64,000 bases of DNA from Octopus vulgaris. Lineage: Eukaryota. The notes under the pieces were generated by a model that saw only the letters and a program-made list of their open reading frames with translations, did no database searches and was not told the origin of the DNA. Shown here one piece after another: positions 26,368 through 38,384 of the stretch; the first letter of the stretch is position 1; every line of letters begins with the position of its first letter. The position numbers and the translations under genes were made by a program. The stretch lies in assembly GCA_951406725.2 (NCBI GenBank), contig OX597837.1, positions 34,844,001 to 34,908,000 on the forward strand. Direction: 5' to 3'.

Positions 26368-26455
26368 TATGTATGTATGTATGTGTGTATAATTTATATA
26401 AAATAAAAATATTTGGGTTCAAGATTACATCAACGCACCGATAGTTGCATACATT

Positions 26456-26529
<74 letters not shown>

Positions 26530-26593
26530 TGTGTGTATGTATGTGTGTATCGCAAAAACGAAGTATTGTTAAATGAAAATATAAGTTACATAC

Positions 26594-26689
<96 letters not shown>

Positions 26690-27369
26690 TGTATCGCAAA
26701 AACGAAGTATTGTTAAATGAAAATATAAGTTGCAATAACGTGTGGGTGGGTGTATACGTGTTCGGCTGTGTACATATGCTATGCATACAAATATGCGTGT
26801 ATGTGTGTATATACTAAATATCCGGCGTGTAAATAAAGATAAAACCTGAAAACGGTCGACGTAGGTCCGTTCTTATAACTTCCAATGTGGCACTATTATA
26901 TATACAATAAATTCCTAATTGTAATAATAACAATCGCAGCCGTCATCGTCAGCGTCATCAAGACTATTACAAAAAAGGACTTTAGAAAGAAACTCCAACA
27001 GATTTTGTTGCCGTCATCACATCCTCAACAACAAACACCACCATGCCTACTGCTGCTGCTGCTGCTGTTGTTGTTGTTGTTGTTGTTGCTATTGTTGTTG
27101 AGCCCCAGGTCAACCTGATCGAGTTAAGACCCATGGAAACGAAACGTACTCTCTTAGTCGCGACCACCACGTCGTTCTTGTTTAAATCATTCAAATCCCA
27201 ACACTTTGATCTCGACTTTGTATCGTCCCTCTCATCCATAGCCCCAGTAGCAAAATAAAAGTATCGACCCCTGTGGCTAATAAAACAAATGACTACTACT
27301 ACTACTACTATTATTATTATTACTACTACTACAATTTATTTAGGACTACATTTTTGTCAACGGATGGTA

Positions 27370-28290
27370 CGATGGAATTTGAAGGAAAGTCGGTGCTATT
27401 TCTAGCATGTCGAGCGAACACGTGAGGGCTTGCTGTTCGTAGCGCGGGAAAATTTGGCTGCTGTTTCTGGGGCGGTCGGTACGCGGGAATTAGGGAAGGA
27501 GAAGCAGTGGTATTTGGCTATTGTTTCTAGCCAGTCGAACCGCCGAGTGAGAATCTGGACTCGTTTAGCACGGGAAGTTGCGGCGGGGGAGGGGGTGTAT
27601 TTGGCTGTTGTTTCTAGCCGGTCGAACTATCGCATAGAAAGAAGACTGACTCATTGGCTCAGAAATTTGGCTGTTATTTGTGTGGCGGTGGTGGTGGCGG
27701 CGGTGGAGTTGGTTGTTAGCTTCTACTGCTATAATTTTATAGCAGTTGATGCTACTACTGCTGTTCAACACAGCTTCTACTGCACATGGGACTACTACTG
27801 CAGCTATGCTGCTACCCTGCTGCTTTTTCTGGTGCAGCTCTGCGCTTATTACTAATATTTACCTCTGATCGAAAAGACGTGGGATCAAAGGCATTCCAAC
27901 CACGACCATCTCGTCGTTTCTGGCGGGTATCTAGGACCACAATACGTTTTTTTTTAAAGATGATGGTGGTGAGCTAAGAGAGATTTGGCTGCTATTTCTA
28001 GCGGAGCAAGAAACCAGGTGGAAGCCACCCTTTCACCGTCGTCTTATCAATATAGTTGCTGTTATCATTAAGCAGCATCCTCCGCTGAATTATGATCGAT
28101 AGACGGCAAGTGAACCCTAATCGAGGAGACAGACATGATCGATCAAACGTGACCACCCCATTTTTTTTTAGGGGTATAAGGGCATAGGACTGCATTATCT
28201 GATGTATCCTTTCCTTAGTTAAGACGGCAGGGGGTGTTGATTTTAGTGAGATTTGGCGGCTATTTCTAGCAGGTCGAGCGACCAGGTGGA
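27370..28290. repeat. Tandem fragments of old family E repeat (ATTTGGCTGCTATTTCTAGC motif)
   Basis: The motif recurs at ~27390, 27452, 27512, 27600, 27665, 27983 and 28251. Relatives at 25400-25560, 27090-27250, 47650-47900 and 56130-56320. Confidence 0.7.
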
Positions 28291-30274
28291 AAAACTCCGT
28301 TGAACAAATAACAACAGCAGAAACAGATGTCAACGCTTCTTAACAGACAATATGGCTGAAGTACCTGCCACCCACCCCGCCCCCGCTCGCTCGCAGGTGT
28401 GTTGTTTCGGTCATTAGACTGCGGCCATGCTGGGGCATCGCCTTGAAGAATTTATAGTCGAATGTATCGACCCCAGTCTTTTTTCTTTTTTTCAAACCTA
28501 CTTCTTCTATCGATTTCTTTGTCGAACCACTAAGTTACAAGGACATAAACATACCAACACCTATTGTCAAGTGGTGGTGGTGGTGGGGGGACAAAGACAC
28601 ACATACATAGATACATACATATACATATATGACGGGCTTCTTTCAGTTTCCATCTACCAAATCCACTCACAAGGCCTTGGTCGACCCGAGGCTATAGTAG
28701 AAGACACCTGCTCAAGGTACCACACAGTAGGACCGAACCCGGAACCATGTGGTTGGGAAGCAAGCTACTTACCACACAGCAACTCCTGCACTTATATCTT
28801 TTATCTCTTACTTCATTCAACGGACTGCAGCCATGCTAGGGTACTGCCTTGAAGGGATTACTCTTTTACTTGTTTCAGTCATTTGACTGCGGCCATGCTG
28901 GAGCACCGCCTTTAGTCAAGCAAATCGACCCCGGGACTTATTCTTTGTAAGCCCAGTACTTATTCTATCGGTCTCTTTTGCCGAACCACTAAGTGACGGG
29001 GACGTAAACACACCAGCATCGGTTGTCAAGCAATGCTGGAGGGACAAACACAGACACACAAACATATACATACATATATATATGTACATATATACGACAG
29101 GCTTCTTTCAGTTTCCGTCTACCAAATCCACTCACAAGGCTTTGGTCGGCCCGAGGCTATAGCAGAAGACACTTGCCCAAGATGCCACGCAGTGGGACTG
29201 AACCCGGAACCATGTGGTTGGTTAGCAAGCTACTTACCACACAGCCACTCCTGCGCCTATTATTATTCAAACAAATTGACATCAGCATTTGTTTCCTCAA
29301 ATCTGGTAACTTACATCAGTCTCTTTAATCAAACTGCTAAGTTGCAGGAATGTAAACATGCCAACATCAGTTTTCAAACTGGTACACACACACATACACA
29401 CACGCTCATATATATGGTGGGCTTCAACACGGTTTCTATCTGCCACAATTTTCATTTCACAAGGCATGAGTCAGTCAGGGGCTATAGTAGAAAACACTTG
29501 CTCTATGAACTGTGCCACAGGACTGAACCTGAAACAGCATGGTTGCAAAGCAAGCTTCATAACCACACAGCCATGCCTGCACCTATATACAAATATGAAA
29601 ATATGACAGGGTCACACAGGTGTCATACTGAGTTGAAATAATATTGATCACCTGGGATTATCCAAACTATAAGTAGGCAAAAATTCCCAGTAGAAATGCT
29701 CAAAACCTAAAACAGACAAGGGAGATAACATCAAAAAGATCAGTTGATTGAAATTTTCGATAAAAAAGAACCGTATATGTAATCATTGTAATTTTATGTA
29801 AGGTGGTGCACTGGGCAAAATGCTTTGCAGCATTTTATCTGGTTTTACAATCTAAGTTTCAAATTCCACTGAGGCCGACTTGGCCTTTCATCCTTTTGGG
29901 GTCAATAAAACAAGTACCAGTTGAGCACTAGGGGTGATTTAATCGACCTAGCCCCTACACCAAAACTGCTAGTCTTGTGTGAAAAATTCGAAAGCAATTC
30001 TATGCATGTGTAACAAAATTTCTGAACCCTTTATTAGATCAATTTAAAATAATAAAATCACAGAAAAATTTCATTTTGATTTATAAATCCTAATAAAAAT
30101 ATTTGAAAATTTTGAACATCTTTGCTCAAAGCCAGCAACTTCCTCTCTCGACTTTCCCTATTTTTCCCCTCCAGCTTTAATCTTGTAGGAGTATTTAAAA
30201 TTTACTACAAGGGAGACAACTTCAATAAGATCAGTCAATTGATATTTTTAGAAAAAAAACCAATATAATCATTG

Positions 30275-30579
30275 TGATCACGTGACCGACCAGACCATCA
30301 GATGTTGTTACACATCGCTGGTCACAATGCGTTCGCATTGTTTTAGCCTTCGAATGACGCCACCCCGCTGGCTAAGCGAGCAGGCCAACAGAAGAAAGAG
30401 TGGGAGAAAGTTGTGGTGAAAGAGTACAGCAGGGATCACCACGCCCCCCTGCCGGAGCCTCGTGGAGCTTTTAGGTGTTTTCGCTCAATAAACACTCACA
30501 ACGCCTGGTCTGGGAATCGAAACCACGATCCTACGACCGCGAGTCCGCTGCCCTAACCACTAGGCCATTGCGCCTCCAC
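30275..30579 (-). mobile_element. SINE with family C head and an alternative 3' tail
   Basis: Matches family C from the head to CACAACTTTCTC, then continues with an unrelated tail. TSD ATAATCATTGT on both sides. Confidence 0.85.
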
Positions 30580-31262
30580 ATAATCATTGTAATGGAGTAT
30601 ATTTATATAACTGACAAAATTTCTGAACAACCTTTTAAAATAAAGTCTAAAATAATAATAATAAAGATTTCAGAAAAAAATTTCCATTTTCAATGAATTT
30701 TGATAAAGATATTTTTTTGCTGTCCATTTTGAACATCTTTGTCCACCTCCACCTCCACCACCACAACCTCCACATCTCTCTCTATCTCAACCCCCCTCTC
30801 CCTGTCACTTTCATTCACTGTGATTATCGCCTTCCTCTTCTCTGTCTCCATCTTTGAACTTACATTCGCTTCTTTGTCACTTCTGCCTGCCTGCCTTGTC
30901 TAACTTATACTGTCTCTCGTTGTCATGACAACATCTTTAAAACAATTATATTTATATAGAAATGAAAGTAGCGTTGTTTCACACAGTTGACAAGGAAAGG
31001 AGAGGTGCAAATCAAAGTACTTCCCTCGTTTTACTACATTACAAACTGACCGTGTTTCTTAGGTTTCAACACTACATCACTATTCATTTTTGCTTTTTTT
31101 AGTGTAGTGTAGTTTCAGTCCCACTGCATGGCACCGTAACCAAGTGTATTCTATTATAATCCTGGGCCAACCAATGCCTTGTGAGTCAATTTCATAGAGG
31201 GAAACTGTGTGGAAGTCCTTCATGTATCTGTCTGTGTGTTTGTATATGTGCTCCTGCCTACC

Positions 31263-31494
31263 TATTTCTTTACTACCCACAAGGGGCTAAACACAGAGGG
31301 AACAAACAAGGACAGACAAACGGGTTAAGTCGATTACATCGACCCCAGTGTGCAACTGGTACTTATTTAATCGACCCCAAAAGGATGAAAGGCAAAGTCG
31401 ACCTCGGCGGAATTTGAACTCAGAACGTAACGGCAGATGAAATACGGCTACGCATTTCGTCCAGCATTCTAACAATTCTGCCAGCTTGCCGCCC
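31263..31494 (-). mobile_element. SINE family B nested in an old SINE A
   Basis: 16-bp TSD TGTGCTCCTGCCTACC. Confidence 0.9.
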
Positions 31495-32357
31495 TGTGCT
31501 CCTGCCTACCAACTGACAACAAGTGTTGGTTTGTTTACATCCCCATAATTTAGCAGTTTTGGCAAAAGAAACTGATAGAATAAGTACTAGGATAAAACAA
31601 CACATTTTAAGGCCAATTTGTTTGACAAAAACCCTTCAAATCAGTGCCCCAGCATGGCCACAACCTAACGACTGAAACAAGTAAAAGATTTCTTTCTTAT
31701 GTTAAAAAATTTTGTGACAAAATTTCTTTTTTGTTTCCCTTTTCAAGTTTCAACATTTTACAAATTTCCTTCCTACCAGCAACCCTTGCCTGTTTCTAAC
31801 TAAGATGATATTTCCCCCATGGTCAAGCAATTTTCACAGAATATTGGAAATGAACGACACTGCTTGTATGACAGATAAACTCATTTACAACTGGCAAACG
31901 ATATCAAGACAAGGTCAGATACACACACATGTTGGACTTACTTCAGTTTCTATCAACTAAATCTGCACACAAGGCTTTGGTCATCCTGGGGTTATAGCAG
32001 AAGACACCCAAGGTGTCACATAATGGGAGTGCTATGTCTGAGACTGTGAAAATACTATAACAGTCATTTAAATGCATATATATATATATATATATACATG
32101 ACTGGCCTCCATGCCAGTGGCATGTAAAAAGCACCATCTGATCGTGGCTGTTTGCCAGCCTCGTCTGGCACCTGTGCGGGTGGCACGTAAAAAGCACCCA
32201 CTACACTCATGGAGTGGTTGGCGTTAGGAAGGGCATCCAGCTGTAGAAACACTGCCAGATCAGACTGGGCCTGGTGCAGCCTTCTGGCTTCCCAGACCCC
32301 AGTTGAACCATCCAACCCATGCTAGCATGGAAACCGGACGTTAAACGATGATGATAA

Positions 32358-32743
32358 TCTTTATATATAAAAGTGAAGTTGTGTGTCTGTCTCCTACAAT
32401 TTAGATTCCTAACTACTCCCACATTTTGTGGTGCAGTGTAACCAAAAGCGGGTATCTTATAGTCGTGATTCATATCGAGCCCTTCTGGGTATTAGCGCGC
32501 ATCTACGATGAGTCTACGATTTAAAAAAAAATTTCCCATTTTTAATGCATTTTTTTGCTATTATATAAGGGAAGTAACTCTCTAAAAATGTATTTTTAAA
32601 TCTCAGAACGTAAAAAGCTACAGTAACACCCCCCATCCGTTGTGGTTAGCCATATTGAGATGGCTATTATACTTTACATCTCTAAAAATGCTTATATAGT
32701 TATTTCCCTTACAAACCCGAGCAACGCCGGGCGATACTGCTAG
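32358..32743 (+). mobile_element. Non-autonomous Helitron
   Basis: A|TCTTTATATATAAA 5' end, GC-rich subterminal hairpin CCCGAGCAACGCCGGG, CTAG|T 3' end, no TSD. Confidence 0.9.
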
Positions 32744-33207
32744 TATATATATATCTACATACATATACATACTGTTCTATTTAGTTTATTTATTTATTTA
32801 TTCATGACAGTAGAGTCTGCTATAAGGTTTCCACAAACATTATTGTACAACACTTATCTGGTCAATGACAGTTTGTTTTGACACTTTAAAGCTTGCATAG
32901 ACATAATACCAAAAAGGGAATACAGTACTGGTTTGAAATGATGCTACTAACTCTACCACAATGTAAGTCTTAGTCCCAGCTAACAATCTCACATCATTTA
33001 CCAGACAAGTACAACTGGGAAATATACAAACCTTGATTTATGCCACACATTTTTGACTGTAAAGTCAGTCACCACATCAAAGTGGCTGTTCCAGGTTACT
33101 ACTAGTTTAACCCCAGGCAGATTTTCTGCCAGCTTGTTACTGGTGAGATGATGCACCCTTTATATACATTTTTAATAGGGGGAGCAAATCCCTATGACCC
33201 TCTAGCA

Positions 33208-33427
33208 CAGGGCTTTTCAAACTTTTTGCTGGAGCGGAACCCCAAGGAAACATTCCACTGTCTTGAGGAACCCCTGTGCAATAATTTAATAGTCTTATGC
33301 ACACATAATCTGCACAGGAGAATTCAAAATTACTGCCAATTTTAACAGTTTTGTAACTTCTTGCGGAACCCCTGGACTGTACTGGCAGAACCCTAAGGTT
33401 CCGCGGAACACTGGTTGAAAACCACTG
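33208..33427. mobile_element. hAT (Charlie-like) MITE
   Basis: CAGGGCTTTTCAA...TTGAAAACCACTG TIRs and an exact 8-bp TSD CTCTAGCA. Confidence 0.9.
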
Positions 33428-33582
33428 CTCTAGCAGGTAACAGGATCACAAGGCTGACTCAGTTTCGAGCTAGGCTCATCCTCAGTCACGACCATCATTC
33501 AATGATTTGCAAAAAGCAAAATAGCTAATTGTAAAAGCTCAAAAAGAGACTGATGTGGCAACTGACTTTACTTTTTAGCATA

Positions 33583-34393
33583 CAGTACTCCCTCAACTAT
33601 TGTGGGTGTTACGTTGCAAAACCCCTGTGATAGGTGAAAATCTGTGAAGTAGAAACAGTACTGTAGTGTAATACTCTTACTCTTTTACTCTTTTACTTGT
33701 TTCAGTCATTTGACTGTGGCCATGCTGGAGAACCGCCTTTAGTCGAGCAAATCGACCCCGGGACTAATTCTTTGTAAGCCCAGTACTTATTCTATCAGTC
33801 TCTTTTGCCGAACCGCTAAATGACGGGGACGTAAACACACCAGCATCAGTTGTCAAGCAATGCTAGAGGGACAAATGTTTCTTTTTTTTTTATTATTCTT
33901 ATAATTTGTACATATTTATTTTATAATAAATGCAAAACAACACCATGGAAGAATTGATGTAAGACACCCATAAAATTATTAACCATTTTACAAACAATAA
34001 CTCTGAGCACCTTTTCAAACTCCACCTGTCTAACACTCATGGACATGTTTACAAAGTCAGAAAACAGCACAGCTCTCATGACTTTTGGAAACATTTTTTC
34101 CACGCTAAGAGTTGCTGAAGCATGGAACAAACTGCCGGCATCAGTTGTTAGTTGTTGGAGCACTGCATCCTTCAAAACTTCCATGCTTCCTGAGATTCGC
34201 CAACACTACACCTGATTTTCTCCCCTCCATACACACACAAGCATGTATCTGACTCATACATTGTTCACTTTCCAGGACATTTGTACATTACTGCATATAC
34301 TTCATACGCACTTTTGACAAGTTGTGGTGCACCTGAGCACTGTATACAATAATTTCATCATTTAATAAACTGCAATATGTCAAGGAATTACAG
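33583..34393. mobile_element. Tigger-like MITE interrupted by SINE A (33672-33874) and a CR1 3' end (33962-34362)
   Basis: The three MITE pieces are colinear with 12004-12220. The CR1 piece matches 40045-40450. Confidence 0.75.
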
Positions 34394-34416
34394 TGTATAT
34401 ATATATATATATATAT

Positions 34417-34458
<42 letters not shown>

Positions 34459-34531
34459 ATATGGTACCTAGGTTGAGGCACCAGAATTTAGTACGATATT
34501 ATTCATACAATTACAAAGTAAGGTGATTAAA

Positions 34532-34816
34532 ATCAAAATAAGCAACAAGGATATCAAAAGGTAATGCAGTTCAGTCATTTCAGGCAACTCCATTTAATTA
34601 AACAATGCAATCATTACATCAATTTAAACTGTAGAGCAATCTTCAGCTGCACAAAGGCATAGAATTTAATTAAATTAGAATTTAATTAAATTTGTACAAC
34701 TGAAGATTGCTCTACATTTCAAATTGATGTAATGATTGCATTGTTCAATTAAATGGAGTTGCATGAAACAATCGTACTGCACTTTACTTCTTCATATCCT
34801 TGTTGCCTATTTTGAT
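34532..34816. mobile_element. Inverted-repeat element with minimal type I hammerhead motif (Penelope-like pLTR relic)
   Basis: Arms of ~125 bp. CTGAAGA (34700-34706)...GAAAC-AATC-GTA-CTGCAC (from 34765). The opposite arm supplies GTGCAG directly before CTGAAGA. Confidence 0.7.
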
Positions 34817-35058
34817 ATATATATATATATATATTATTTATATAATTTGTATATATTTATTTTATAATAAATGCAAAACAACACCATGGAGGAATCAACG
34901 TAAGCTTAAATAATAAACCGTGACAGATGATCCATGATATGGTGAGGGATTACTGTAGTTACTGCTCTAATCTCTTCTTGAGATTTTACAACACAAAACT
35001 CTTACTTGCTTGAGATTGTTGACATGTCTCCCAATGTTTTCTTCATGTTGTACTTTAA

Positions 35059-35763
35059 CCCTTTTGATGTTAATCCATCTGAGGCCTCAGATGGATTGTT
35101 CTAGGACATAAACTTCCTGTGTTAAAGTGATCTAAATTAACGCTTTCTATCAAAATTTCATGTTAATTTAAGTTCCAAACACCAGCTTAATTAATATCAA
35201 AGTTCTTTTATAAAGCCTTTGTTATTTTCAAAATTTATTAAAACAAAGACAGAAACTTTGTAACAAAAGGGTTCAAGTGATTTAATTAAAAAACCTGCCA
35301 TCGAAATTTAATGTTGATTTACGTTCCAAGCACCGGTTTAATAAGGACAAATTTATGTTACTAATTTCATCATTACTTGCAAATTAATTGAAACAAAGCA
35401 GTATATTTCAACAGAAATACAGTAACAAAAGGGTTAAAGTGGTTTAATTAAAAACCTCCCATGAACAGTTTATGTTAATTCGTGTTCCAAACAGTGGCTT
35501 AATAACGACAAAGTTATTTTACTAATTTCTTCATTATTTTCAAAATTAATTGAAACAAGGCAATGTATGTATGTTTGACAAAAATATAGTACCAAAAGCT
35601 AAAGTGATCTAAATGAAAACCTTCTATCAAAAGTTCATACCAATTTGTGTTCCAAGCACTAGCTTAATAATGACAAAGTAATTTTAATAAATTCTTCATT
35701 ATTTCCAAAATTAACTGACACAAAAGTAGAATGTTACAACAGAGATATGGTGACAATAGGTTA
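35059..35763. repeat. piggyBac-like MITE with four tandem ~160-bp right-end units
   Basis: One TTAA-CCCTTTTG left end. Units end in GTAACAAAAGGGTT-like sequence at ~35273, 35435, 35600 and 35762. Confidence 0.75.
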
Positions 35764-35989
35764 AAATGAAAAACAAAAGCTTTCTCAGGATTAGAACAAT
35801 TCAACCAGTATGGAGTTGTTTTTAGCACGTAAGCAACATCAACAAATCTTCACAATTGATTTCACTTCACATATCTGGGATAGAGCTGCCAGTACCCAAA
35901 TAAACAGCCAAAATCACATCCAAAATAAGGTAAATATTCCTTCAACAAACCCTACCTCAAACATGTAGTTCCTCCTTTCTGCCAATCTG

Positions 35990-36380
35990 ATGGATGGAAG
36001 CACTCCGTCGGTTACGACGATGAGGGTTTCGGTTGATCCGAATCAACGGAACAGCCTGCTCGTGAAATTAACGTGTAAGTGGCCGAGCACTCCACAGACA
36101 CGTGTACCCTTAACGTAGTTCTCGGGGATATTCAGCGTGACACAGAGAGTGACAAGGCCGGCCCTTTGAAATACAGGTACAACAGAAACAGGAAGTAAGA
36201 GTGAGAGAAAGTTGTGGTGAAAGAGTACAGCAGGGATCACCACCATCCCCTACCGGAGCCTCGTGGAGCTTTTAGGTGTTTTCGCTCAATAAACACTCAC
36301 AACGCCCGGTCTGGGAATCGAAACCACGATCTTATGACCGCGAGTCCGCTGCCCTAACTACTGGGCCATTGCGCCTCCAC
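35990..36380 (-). mobile_element. SINE family C, full length
   Basis: TSD TCTGCCAATCT. Other copies at 43082-43465 (-) and 50205-50530 (+). Confidence 0.9.
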
Positions 36381-36649
36381 TCTGCCAATCTACTGCTGCT
36401 ACAACAATTTTTTTGCTTTTGAAGCAGATAGCTCTATACTCCTCTACTCATATGGCTTACCTTTATCATTCATCTTTCTGCCCTTTCCCAGCACTTTTAC
36501 TGTGCTAACACTTTCGAACTGGACTCAGAACCTTCAGGAATGAACCCCTGGTCCATATTTTTACCTGCAGGCATTAACGTAAGTTGATGCATCACTTCAC
36601 CTGAGAAGATCTACAAAGGTTTATGAATACTGCTCACACCTCATATATC

Positions 36650-37108
36650 CTTTTCTATTCTAGGCACAAGGCCTGAAATTTTGGGGGCGGGGGTAGTTGA
36701 TTAGAACAATCCCGGTATGCAACTGGTACTTAATTTATCGACCCTGAAAGGATGAAAGACAAAGACAATCTCGGCTGAATTTGAACTCAGAACATAAACA
36801 GAAATGAAATACCTATTTCTTTATTACCCACAAGGGGCTAAACACAGAGGGGACAAACAAGGACAGGCATAGGTATTAAGTCGATTACATCGACCCCAGT
36901 GCATAACTGGTACTTAATTTATCGACCCCGAAAGGATGAAAGGCAAAGTCGACCTCAGCGGAATTTGAACTCACAACGTAATGCAGATGAAATACCGCTA
37001 AGCATTTCGGCCGGCGTGCTAACGTTTCTGCCAGCTCACCAGCTCACAGAGATGAAATACCGCTAAGCATTTTGCCTGGCATGTTAACGTTTCTGCCAGC
37101 TCGCTGCC
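36650..37108 (-). mobile_element. Young SINE B inserted into an older SINE B
   Basis: TSD ACAGA(A/G)ATGAAATACC at ~36798-36813 and ~37046-37061. Confidence 0.85.
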
Positions 37109-37239
37109 TTTCACACCTCATATATTATAAAGAATAATTATGAAAATAGAAATAATATATTTCTAAATCTCTCAGAGAGATTTATGCAGTAGCAGCACAA
37201 TAAAGTGCCATAAAAGGGAAGAATGCTATTGCTATTTAG

Positions 37240-37914
37240 CATCTTTTCTACATCAGAGCCTACATTGTCCAATAAATCATTCTTGAAGACAATAGCGTGA
37301 GATTTGAGGATAGTTCCAAATGTGACCATCACACCTGGTACTACATTGTCTAACAAATCATTCTTTAAGGTAATAAGGGAAGATTTGAAGGAGGGACTTG
37401 GTGGCTGTTACTAACAGCTCTGCCAGTCACATAGAGGCCTCCCCATTGATTATAGTTTTCCTCTTTGGTGATATTTGGGCTTCTGTTTCCTAGGGCTAAA
37501 TAACAGTAGCATTCTTCCCTTTCATGAGACTGTCACATTAAGTTGACAACATACTATCACTTTAAGAATATTTATGTTTGCTAATCTCAGATGGAGCAGC
37601 AAAAAATATTAAATAAGCACTAAGGTGTTATACAAATAAGTGAGCACAGGTAGATTGCATTGAGGAAACAGAAGGCCAAATATCACTAAAGAGGAAAACT
37701 ATAATCAATGGGGAGGCCTCTATGTGACTGGCAGAGCTGTTAGTAACAGCCACGAAGTCTCTCCTTCAAATCTTCCCTTATTACCTTAAAGAATGATTTG
37801 TTAGACAATGTAGTACCAGGTGTGATGGTCACATTTGGAACTATCCTCAAATCTCACACTATTGTCTTCAAGAATGATTTATTGGACAACGTAGGCTCTG
37901 ATGTAGAAAAGATG
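37240..37914. repeat. 252-bp near-perfect inverted duplication (37240-37491 / 37663-37914)
   Basis: Direct base-by-base complementarity with only a few mismatches. Confidence 0.9.
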
Positions 37915-38163
37915 TAATGGTCACATTTGGAACTACAGTATGATAAGAACTGATCTGGTGATACACAACAAAGAGAAGCATAGAGATACATCATCAGTCT
38001 CAATGTGAATCTATAAGTGAATCACCATCATCATCATCATCATTATCATCTTGTTCTTCTTGAATGGTTTGATTGGAGCTGGTAAGGCCAGGGGCTACAC
38101 TAGATTCCATTGTCTGTTCTGGCATGGTTTCTAAGACATCCAGTGTGTACTGGGTGCTTTTAA

Positions 38164-38384
38164 CCCTTTCGTTACTGTATTTATTTTGAGATGCTCTGTG
38201 TTTCTTTCAATTACTTTAAATATAACAAAGAATTTAGTAAAATAACTTAGTTATCATTCAGCTAGTGTTAGGAACATAAATTGTGACTAAGATTTGGTGG
38301 AAGATTTTAATTCAAAACTTATGAAAACAAGACATTTGTACTGCAGAGCCAGAGCCGGTTTCAGCCGGGTTGGTAACGAAAGGG
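38164..38384. mobile_element. piggyBac-like MITE, intact
   Basis: TTAA-CCCTTTCGTTAC...GTAACGAAAGGG-TTAA: 12-bp TIR and TTAA TSD, nested in a family D element. Confidence 0.9.

Noticed and set aside
36043-36246. Recurrent 'MVVIPAVLFHHNF...' and 'DRLLSVSVYQIHSQG...' peptides as a gene family
   Set aside because: Incidental ORFs inside multi-copy SINEs C and A.
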